Part shown: piece after piece, positions 53,903 through 64,000 of the stretch
How positions within the stretch are numbered: position 1 is the stretch's first letter
How the letters are laid out: the number at the start of each line of letters is the position of its first letter
Assembly (NCBI GenBank): GCA_043228905.1
Contig: JBHGNT010000011.1
Location: forward strand, 21,700,001-21,764,000
Length of the DNA: 64,000 nt
Direction: 5' to 3'
Origin: Azolla caroliniana
Taxonomy: Eukaryota > Plantae > Polypodiophyta
Notes under the pieces: model-generated
What the model was told of the DNA's origin: nothing
What the model saw: the letters and a program-made list of their open reading frames with translations, nothing else
Database searches by the model: none
Translations under genes and position numbers: made by a program

Positions 53903-54784
53903 GATGTCTAGCTATCATGCTCTTTAACAAAAGGTTAACAATGAACGTTTTTGTGGCCTTGAAATACCGTGTAAACGTTTTTGAGTGACTGAGTTTATGA
54001 TTTTACTTGCATGTTAAAAACTGCGAAAATCCCTGAATTTGTGTATAGGGAGTTAACTGTTTTGCAACCATAATTTGAACTGCAATTTTCAAGCGTTGTG
54101 TTACCTTTAAACTTTCTAATGCACCATCATGACCCCGGGATGAAAATCTACGTTGCATATGGGGAAACATAATTATAAGTGTAATGTGGCAGGGAAAAAG
54201 AATAAAAATTTTGGGCATTATTCAATTATTTGGCAGCAAATGCAGAAGAGTTGGAAAATGCAGCTTTTAAATTAGACAAATACAGTAATGTCGAGTCACA
54301 TTTGCTACTGATGAAAGGAAATGCTAATGGGTATTAGAGTTATATCTACTGTTCATAAATTTGAACAAGACCTATCATAGATCAAAGACTGCTTGTGTGC
54401 AGCGGATATATTATCTAAAAAAGGTATGTCAATTCAGATAGTTATTTTTTATCAGAAGTTCATCATAACTACTTTTATAAACCTACTCATTGCCAAGTTG
54501 AGATGTCTAATCTCAGGTTATCTTGTGGAGTCCTAAATTCGTCAATGCACTCATACCTATTTCATTGCTGAAGATGCATTCATGTTAACTTATAAAAAGA
54601 TATGCCAGCACCTTCATTTTACTGGTGTCTGTTTAAGCTGCAGAGTAATGAACTTGGTGGAGTTGAGACTGTCTTGCAATTTATAACATTTTTGTGTAGG
54701 AACATTCAATGATAGACTCTCTGTAAGGTTCAGACACAATGTACACCCAGCAAAATGAAATCTGTGAAAGGATCCCAATTTGAC

Positions 54785-55062
54785 AAGATATACATAAGAA
54801 TGCGCCCACCATAACAATGTGCGGTCTCACATATAAGAATATGGGGGTATTATTCTTAATTCGATAAAATTTTCTTCTTCAGTAAGAGTTAAAATCTGCT
54901 GTGCTTTCTTAATACCATAAGAATATACATAAGATATACATAAGAATGTGCCCACCATAACAATGTGCGGTCTCACATATAAGAATATGGGCGTATTATT
55001 CTTAATTCGATAAAATTTTCTTCTTCAGTAAGAGTTAAAATCTGCTGTGCTTTCTTAATACC
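54785..55062. repeat. Near-identical direct duplication, about 132-bp unit, 146-bp period
   Basis: aagatatacataagaatg(c/t)gcccaccataac...gtgctttcttaatacc starts at 54785 and 54931. Confidence 0.9.
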
Positions 55063-55972
55063 TAATAAGATTTACGATTTCACTGTTAATGGATAGTGAA
55101 ACGTATATCTGATGCTTTGCCTAGGCTAGAGAACTCCACGTGTACCCTCCATGGAAATGAAACGAATTGACCTTTCCACCAACCGTTTTCTCCCTCACAC
55201 CAACTTTCCGTTGTGTCACAGTTTCATCAGTTCAGTTAAAATCAATTGTACAATTTGATTAATTCAGTTTAGATTTACAAGCAAACAGCAGACGATATGT
55301 GAAGTTTACATCTACATTACATCCAAACTTATAAATAAACATACCAATCAGTTAAAACAAATAAATTTAATTCACAAGCAAGCAAAAGATATCATCCAAA
55401 AGTTTATAAGCAAGCAATTCATAACGTGCACAAGTGTCATCTGAATAAGTTCTATACAATTTATCCACAGTTTTGAGGGTCAAGAGTAAAATACGTATCG
55501 AATTGACAAAATAGTGAGAACAGTTACAAGCTCTAAATGCACAGTTGTAAAGATTGGTTGGCACAAGGAAATGCTTTTCAATGGAGCCTCCACAGGCCAT
55601 AACTATCTCTAATATCCAAGCTCACCTTGATATTTCCACATTGGTTTGGCTTTTTGGAACCAATATGAAAAATATTGCATTTGCATCTATAGGGAGCCTC
55701 TCAGAACTCAAAACGTCTCTTATATCCATTGTTCATCATAAACATCTCTAATGTACAAAATTCACCATAATCATCTGTAATATCCAAGCTCACCTTAATC
55801 TTTCCAAATTGGTTCGGCTTTTTGGAATCGTACGAAAAAATTACATCTCTAGAGAGTCGCACAGAAACTCAAAACAATCTCTAATCTCCAAATCCACCAA
55901 TCTTTTCAAATAAGATAAAACTTATATAATTGACCTCCAAAAGGAAAAATAACATTTTTCCAATTATGAACC

Positions 55973-57897
55973 TCATCGCTGTTTTTTCCCTGATTTCTTT
56001 CCCCCTGTGAGTTTGTAAACAGCCATTCGAGCAATTTTGTAGAACCAAAAAATGCTCACAAACTGGATGCCCAAAGCACCAATCTGACAAAAAACTTGAC
56101 AATTTTTAGCTCAGGTATGGAAGTCCTGACCTCCACATATTGCTCATGCAATCTCTATTTTGAAGAGAAAATATATGAACAACTCAGACATTGTTAGATA
56201 ATAGTATAATTTTGAGCCATAAGTACCTTTACAGGTATTGGGTTGTCAGCACACACAGTCAAATACACTACGTAAGGTCCAAGGCATAGCCTGCCAAAAC
56301 CAAATACTAGAGCAAAAATTACCTGCATACATAAAAAATCGTCACAAATTTGGGAGACCCACAATTTTGCACATCATGATGGGACTCATCTATTTGGTCT
56401 CCATAAACATCAATAATAATTCTATCAATCCCGTATGTCATATTGGACTCTCTCTCTCATATGCTAATAGCCACAAGACTTACGTCATTTGCAACTGCAA
56501 AAGTTGTATCTTTTAAGCCAAGTTCTTTCAAGAGCTCACGTGTATGCATAAAGGGGTTTGACAGCTCTGACAACCAAAGACACATCACAATCTCTGTTCC
56601 ACACTGCACAGTATGTGAAATCAATATCATTGTCATATGCTTCTTTAATATTTAACTCCAAATTATAATGCAAGAGAATAAACTAATCGACTAAAATGAA
56701 AATAGATCATGAAAATTAACAATATTTTTCCTGTTTCTCCAGCTAAAAAAGAAAATGCATACCTTCACAAAAAATACAGAATAGGCAAGGGTGCTGATAG
56801 TAACAGTGTGATGGATGATATTGGAGTAATCAATCCGGGTGTCAAAAAGACAACAGAAAAAATCATATATGAAATATGCCAGGCTTATTGACATCGTGAG
56901 CATCTGCATTACAAATGTACCCCAAGAAAAGAAACAAATTAGCAAAAATATAAGCAAAAAGGAAACCTTATCAATAGTATCTTAAGCTAGATAACAGATA
57001 ACATACAGGTAGAGAAAGAAAATAATAGAATTTGAAAACAATCCTGTATCATGGAAGATACTTCACAGGAACTTGAACGGTATTCTACATCGTACTTTGA
57101 GGTTCCATGGAACGCCTCATATAAGCCCACTGGACAGCCTAGGAATCGATATTGACTTTCTTCAAACAGATCAATTGTGTTCAGAGAAATAAACAAGGAA
57201 ATTAGTGGGAGAGAGTGATGGATTGTGGCCACGTTTTAACTGAATTCCAAGCGAGAATTTATAAAAAAAGAAAAGGAAATACGGAAAGGCAAAAAAATAC
57301 GGAAACAGAGAAAAAAATCCATCTCTCTAAAGTTCCATACGAGCAACACAGAAAAAGAGTAAGTGAATGATGGACCGATCGATCCTTTATCCTCGTAATT
57401 TTCAAAACGACATCCTACAGAGGAAATCAGATTGAAAAATGGATACTTTCTCCCAGAAAGAATGTCACAGAGAAAAAAGAGATTAAAAAGATCGATCCCA
57501 TCTCGCCTGATTTGTAAGCAGGTATATTATAGACAAAAAGAAGAAAGAGAAATCGATCATTTCTAGTCCGATTCCCAAGCAAGAGAAAAACAGATGGAGA
57601 AAGACTTACAGACAGGACAGCTTGAAAAAATGTAAGACATAGACAGAGAAAAACCTGCATTGGCGATGGAGGGCTTCCGAGAGTGGAGAAGATGTTTTCC
57701 CAGTCTGCTAAAGCGAGAGACGAGAGCGTGAGAGAGACAGCGACATGGAGGAGAGAAACAACACGATTGCAGAAGTCATGGGAGCGTTGAGGCAGAAGAT
57801 ATCGCACGGAAAGGAAGGCGAGCGTCCAGGCGCAGGTGGCAAAGCCCAAGAACTGGACAGGATCTGATGGCATCGCCATCGCCATCGCCATGGCCAT
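55973..57897 (-). CDS. TLC (TRAM/LAG1/CLN8) domain membrane protein, TMEM136/TLCD5-like, about 236 aa
   Basis: Five GT-AG exons (57897-57655, 56903-56763, 56603-56484, 56322-56227, 56083-55973) give an open CDS. Motifs: RSHDFCNRVVSLLH, SLAYFIYD, IHH, SELSNPFMHTRELLKELG, FWFYKIARM. Confidence 0.9.
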
Positions 57898-58058
57898 AGC
57901 TATGGCTCACAAGACTCTGCAGCGAGGAAACTCAACACTTCTTCTATTCACTTCGCAATGTATTTTGTTCTAGATCCCTACCTACACTTCATTTACTTCT
58001 GTTCTAAGTATATAAGTTAGTCTAGACTCTAGACATGGTGTGGTCACTGTTTGAGACC

Positions 58059-58106
<48 letters not shown>

Positions 58107-58107
<1 letters not shown>

Positions 58108-58743
58108 AAAAAGATCTATTGTTCATAATGCTCTGAGTATGGGTGGGTTCTTAGCAAAAAGAGGCATTTTACATAATATTTTAAATGTTCAAAGGGCAAT
58201 TGACTATCCAAAGGAGTCTAAACAAGAATTAGTGTTGCTACAATTGGATATCGAGAAAGCCTATGATAATGTGGATTGGTCATTTATAAATCAGTCGATG
58301 TCTCATATGGTGATCGTATGTCTAAGTTGATGTACACATTAGGGGAGGGTTTGGTTTCACATGTGATGTTTAATGGAGGATTAACACAATCGATTAGACA
58401 AGGATGCCTGGTCAATCCTTTACTATTCACTATTGTGTCACATCCTATTCTTGTTAAGTTACACAATATGGCTATGGAGGAAGAATTGCTTGGACTAAGG
58501 TTGCCATCAGGGATGCCATGTATTGTTCACGCTCTTGTAGAGGACCATATTATGTTTTTGGTACTTAATCGGGAAAATATTAGTAAGACAAGAGATGTGT
58601 GGGAATTGTTTTCAAATGCTACAGGATTGAGAATTAATATGCATAAATCTGTCCTCATTTCATGTACAAAACAAGATGTGTTAGGGTTGCGGTTGTTGGG
58701 AATAATACTAAAGACTGAGAGGGAATTAGTACTAGAGGTATAG
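58107..58743 (+). mobile_element. Degenerate L1-like LINE RT fragment
   Basis: LQLDIEKAYDNVDW, SIRQGCLVNPLLF and GLRINMHKS are spread over frameshifted ORFs. The fragment abuts (GA)n at 58062-58106. Confidence 0.85.
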
Positions 58744-58789
58744 GAGGATGAGTACTATGAGTACTTAAGAGGAAAAGATGGTGTGAAAC

Positions 58790-58836
<47 letters not shown>

Positions 58837-59869
58837 AGATATATATTATAAGGAGAAAGATACAAGAACAACTATGAGGCTTAAGACTGGCGCTGAACCG
58901 AATTGGTTTTCAATAATGCCATGTGCCTCTTTTTATAGTGTGCTTAGGAGTATTCTTGACATTTCTAGAATGTTCCAGAGAAAGCTAGAATATACGTGGA
59001 TTTTCTAAGTGAAATAATAAATGAAAACAATATTTTTTGTATTACAATGTATAGCTTAATCGTAGAGCTTTAACTCATGTGACACAAGGTCTTGGGTTTA
59101 AATCTTTTTGAAGCCATACCATGCGATATCATGACACTACTCCCACCCCCCTTGGTCATCGATCGCTGATGATACTATCTAGGAGGCCATGATGTCGAAA
59201 TACCTCACGCATGGCAATTTCGACGGTTTCGTCACTAGTGATTTCCTCAATACAAGGCAGGAAATGTGCCATCTTAGTATATCGATCTACTACTGTTAAG
59301 ATCGCATCGAATCCCTTTGAAACTAGAAGATCTGTGATAAAATCTAGTGAAATGGGCTGCCACGGCTTGCTTGGAATTGGTAATGGTTCCAATAAACCAT
59401 ATGGATGGTGTCTTGGCATCTTGGCTCTACAACATGTATCACATGTCCAAACATAGCCTTCAATAAATCGTCGCATATGAGGCCACCAAAATGATCGTTG
59501 TACTAAATCCAATGTTTTAGTACTACCAAAATGACCAGTTGTATATGTGTCATGACAATTTTGGACTACTTGAAGGCGACAAGAATCATTGGGAACATGC
59601 AAGAGTTTCTTAAAGAATAGTAATCCATCATGACATTCGAATTGTCGATAGTCCGTACATGGTTGTTGCGACTGTGAATAGGATGCATGAGAGGGATCAA
59701 TTTGCACTAGAATGGCTTGAGCGAAAGTGTCTATCTTCAAGTCTTCACGTATCGTATTGATAATGCAGGAATCCAATGGAGTGTCAAAAACCCATGTTGC
59801 TTGCAGTCGTGCTAGTCCCAAGATTACTTGCTTTTGATTATCGAATGCTGGATCACAGGGACGAGGTGC

Positions 59870-60241
59870 TGGATCATTCTAGACTTGAACCTCTGACTTT
59901 TAACACACAATACATTGTGTTGTGTTAACCATATGGAAACTCTTGTGAACTGTCCACATTCAATTGTGAACTTGTATATATTGTAGAGTCTAGTGTATAG
60001 TACATTCGAGAATATTCTAGTTGTTAGTATATTCTAGAAAATATACCCGTTTAGAATATACTACAAAATAATTCTAGAATATACTAACGACTAGAATATT
60101 CTCGAATGTACTATACACTAGACTCTACAATATATATAAGTTCACAGTCGAATGTGGATAGTTCACAAGAGTTTCCATATGGTTAACACAATACAATGCA
60201 CTATGTGTTAAAAGTCAGAGGTTTGGGTCTAGAATGTGACA
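59870..60241. mobile_element. 372-bp fold-back element with TG..CA ends and a 5-bp TSD, inserted in gypsy pol
   Basis: Inverted arms at 59875-60039 and 60072-60236. TSD GGTGC at 59865-59869 and 60242-60246. Excision restores the frame KADALLWHSYLAPRPCDPAF. Confidence 0.9.
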
Positions 60242-60330
60242 GGTGCTAGATATGAGTGCCACAATAATGCATCTGCCTTCCCTTCTTGCTTCATGGTAGG
60301 ACGATATGTAATTTTGAAGTCGAAACGAGT

Positions 60331-60898
60331 TGTTACGGACACACCAAGCGCGGACTAGGACAGAGCACAAATGATGGGGCTACGAGTGACGGATTAACTT
60401 GGAGCTAGATGTGACGAGGATAGGAACTCTAGATGTTGTGAGTGACATGAGGGCATGAAGACAAAAATAAAGATCAAGGAGACAAAGATGAGGCGAAACG
60501 AGAATACTAGATCGATGTGTCAATGACTGGTGTTGAATCCCTTGAAAGGGACTAAGGGAGTTACAAGTATTTATACTGTGAGCTGAAGTACATGCATTAG
60601 AATATTCTAGAGAATATTTAGGAGAACCCTCTAGAACCTTCTAGTTCTAGAAATTTCTAAAAACTCCTAGAACGTGAATAGATAATTTGCGAAGATATAT
60701 ATAACATAACTATGTACTTGGATGTGTTGGTTACAATATAATACTTGATTATAATACAAGAAGTCAAGAGTTCGAATCTTAACATAATTGTTGTTATGAC
60801 TGTGACATTATCCTTCCCTTTATGGCCGGTGACACACCAAGCGCGGACTAGGACGGAGCACATATGATGGAGCTACGAGCGATGGATGCACTTCGACA
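60331..60898 (-). mobile_element. LTR (60331-60807) plus PPT and a partial second LTR copy, inserted in gypsy RNase H
   Basis: TGTTAC...GTGACA ends. Purine tract aaagggaaggataa on the minus strand next to the LTR. gacacaccaagcgcggactaggac is repeated at 60338 and 60831. The insert interrupts WAQFL|TRFDFKI. Confidence 0.7.
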
Positions 60899-62421
60899 GA
60901 TGATGAGGAATTGGGCCCACAAAGCTTGTTCTCAATTTAATACATGAGCACTCTGGAAGTAGGCAAGATTTTTGTAATCACTAAATACGATGACTTGATG
61001 AGAAGATCCCTCTAAAAAATTCCTCCATTGTGTGAAAGAGTCCACTATTGCTAATAACTCCTTGTCATGTATCTCGTAATTGATTTCGGCGGCGTCAAAC
61101 TTGCATGAGTGGAAAGCCACAATATGTAGTTTTTCATCGTCGCCTTGTTGTGATAGAGTGCTATCAAGGGCGACATTCGACGCGTCTGCCTCAATGATGA
61201 ACGATTTTTTCGGATCAACATGAGCTAGAATAGGAGCTGATGTAAATGCTTTCTTAAGACTCACAAAAGACATGTCCACTTCCTTAGACCAAACAAACAA
61301 CTGCCCCTTCTTGGTAAGCTGTGTGAGAGGCCAAAAAAGCTTTGAGTAGTCATGTATAAACTTGCGGTAGAAATTTGTGAAGCCTAAAAAACATTGCACA
61401 TCTCACAACGAACGTGGAGTCTGCCACTCTACCACAGTTTTGACCTTAGCTGGATCCATAGAGATGCCTTCCGAGGAGATGGCATAACATAGAAATTCCA
61501 CCTGGTTGCACTCAAAACTACATTTTTCCAATTTTGCATAAAGACCATGTTCTCGAAGTTGTTTTAACTATACTAATAATACATGAGAATCATGCTCTTC
61601 TTGAGTCTTTGAATAAACTAGAAGATCATCCAAATAGATGATCAAATAGATATCCAAGAGATCTCAGAATATATCATTTGCCGACTACTGGCGCATTGGT
61701 GAGACCAAATGGCATAACTGTATACTTGAAGTGACCATATCAGGTGCGAAAAGAGGTATTCCATTCATCTCCCGGTCGGATCTGTACAAGGTTATATGCT
61801 CCTCGTAAATCGATCTTTGTGAAGAACTTTGCGGGTCCATTTATCCATTCTAAAAGACTCAAGATAAGGGGAAGTGCATACCTATTCCTGATGGTGACCT
61901 TATTCAAGCCACGGTAATCCATGACGAGACGAAGTGAACCATCCTTTTTCTTGACAAAGAAAATGGGTGCGTGGGCTGGAGATTTCGAATGTCGAATGAA
62001 CATGTTTGCCAAATTCTCTTCTATGTAGGCTCGAAGGACTTCTAACTAAGTTGGTGACAAGTTGTAGATCGGTCCCATGGTGGCTCTTTTCCTGGTTGTA
62101 AATCAATGGGACAATCATACGGTCAATGGTGAGGAAGAGTATTGGCTTGTACCTTATCAAACACGTCGGCATAATGACAATACTTCTCTAGGAGTTGAGC
62201 TATGGATTCCTCTTAAGTGGTGTTGGAAGGTTTTACTAATACTACGAATACAAACATCGATTCCTTGCGTCCTTCCTCACGTAATTGATGTAGCAAAATG
62301 GTTGAAATTCGATGAGTAGATCCTTGGGTTTGTCGATACCGCATTTCTCTTGTTCTCCAATCTACGTCTGGGCTATGTAATTTGAACCATGGTAAACCCA
62401 AGACAATTGGATGCTCTAGAC

Positions 62422-62664
62422 CATAGTACGTAAAATTCGTGTTTGTCTAGCATAACATCTGTTTTCCTACGTTGGAAAACAAATGCGAATGTTATTCAAA
62501 TATTCTTGTGTTTTTTTTTGTTTTTTCCCCATTTTTTAGGCATATTTACCTCATAATAAACAGGTAATCCAAAAGTATGGTATTTATCATTCTTTGAGGG
62601 TGTTTTTCTTAAGCGAATGTTTCAATCATTCGCGAATGCAAATGCATGTATGGTTCATACTATG
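62422..62664. mobile_element. hAT-like MITE, 243 bp, inserted in the gypsy protease region
   Basis: TIR CATAGTACG / CATACTATG. 8-bp TSD CTCTAGAC / CTCTGGAC. Excision restores SSPEHPIVLGLPW. Confidence 0.85.
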
Positions 62665-64000
62665 CTCTGGACTACTAATTATATTAGATGATACTACACA
62701 CACCAATTTATCTAGGACAATTTGAATCGGCTCTAACTCTTCTACGATATTTCCGGAAGCAATGGGGCGACCATCAATGACTATTACAGATGCTAGGCAA
62801 GGAAGCTTTCTTAGGGATATCTGATGAGCTTGGGCAAAATTCCTATCCATGAAGCAAGAATTGGCTCCGGAATCTAAGAGTGCTAAGACATGTACTAGGG
62901 AGGTTCTTTTAGTACTAAATGTTACTTGAGCGAAGAACACATTGCTAACTTGCTTAGAGGGAATGGAACCACTAATGGGTTGCACAGATCTAGGGTTGTC
63001 CAACCAAACAACTCCAATTTTGGCTGGACTTAGTCGTTTAACTCTTCTTCTAACTGACTAAGGACTTCAAATTTGTTCGATAGACTTGGGCTATTAGTAC
63101 TATTAGGACTATCAGACACTCCTACTGAAATAGACTCGGGTTTAGTACAAGCTACGATTTGATTTACATGTCTTCTTGGCCTATGTGGACAGTTTATTGC
63201 AATATGCCTTGGTCCTTCGCAATAAAGACATACTTTATTTGCTCGACGTCGTTGCTTTTTTTCTTCTGACAATGGTCCACGACGACGTGTGGTGTCGATT
63301 TCCATTGGTGTTGGAGTATTTTCCGGGGATGTATTATATGATTCCCTTGAAAATGGTTTTTCTATGATCGAGGCATATGTGGGCTCTGACCTAGTCCTTG
63401 GCATTTGTAACTGGCGTTCTGAACGTCGTTCAAAAAGTTGGTTATCACATCATACCGCTCGACTGATTGCCTCTGTGAGCGTTTTTGGTTCTTCGGGGAA
63501 AGTTAGGAGATCATTCGTAGGCCGTACTCAAGCAATGCTTGATCATCCCAAGGGATATCGAAGGCAAGTAGATGGAAATCTGCAACGTAAGTGGAGGCTG
63601 GACGATCACCTTGACATAATCATCAGATTTTGTTGATTGCCGTCCTTATGCTATTAGTATCTCCAAAACATGCTTTAAACTCGCTTATAAACTCCTCAAA
63701 ATTATTTAGTAATGGAGATTTTTTTCTAACAATGGAGCGAACCATGCCAAAGCTGAGCCGCACAACAACGTGCCTACCAGACCCACTCGTGATACATCAA
63801 TGGGATATCGGGAAGGATGCATTTGAATGACTAATCGTACATGATTAAGGAATCCTCTAAACTATGATCGCGTTCCATCAAATTTCATAGGAAGGCCGAT
63901 CTTGGGCTCTTTATGAATCCCTTGACTACTTGGCCCTTGTTGTTGCAATGCCGCAATGGTTGCTTCAAGTTGTTGCATCGTAACACTAGCTTCCCATGTT

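Larger units (their letters stand above)
58782..64000 (-). mobile_element. Ty3/gypsy LTR retrotransposon (Tf/chromovirus-like), disabled, 5' end outside window, three nested insertions
   Basis: Gag with PMEID and CLYCEGPRHIAINC (stop at 63030). Protease [36 protein letters not shown]. RNase H IEADAS/NYEIHDKELLAIV. Integrase H-H-C-C, PWQPISLDFI and IISDR. PPT at 59137-59153 and a 3' LTR at about 58782-59136 (TGTCA..CACA). Confidence 0.93.

Noticed and set aside
54614-54817. Last exon of the TLC gene
   Set aside because: The true terminal exon with FWFYKIARM is at 56083-55973. This ORF has no recognisable motif.

Overview
Eukaryotic, intron-rich land-plant nuclear DNA. It is probably from a non-seed plant such as a fern; this is inferred from the (GA)n tracts and element types and is not proven. 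Four host genes were spliced by hand: two adjacent, co-oriented but deeply divergent RelA/SpoT homologues on the minus strand (an RSH with intact synthetase catalytic motifs, 18 coding exons, 14986-26835, and an RSH1-type hydrolase, 24 coding exons, 29277-42339), TIM21 (+) and a TLC-domain membrane protein (-). The rest is transposon-derived: a disabled L1-like LINE, other LINE remnants, three hAT-type MITEs with 8-bp TSDs, a nested Ty3/gypsy element, a decayed U6 copy and several local duplications. The most unusual observations are: (1) the putative ppGpp synthetase/hydrolase gene pair; (2) a short element made of two convergent tRNA-like Pol III units that always sits in (GA)n in a fixed orientation; (3) a perfect 6x66-bp array that multiplies an RSH1 exon end and its splice donor; (4) a TG..CA fold-back element with a 5-bp TSD. 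No database searches were run, and all alignments were done by eye.
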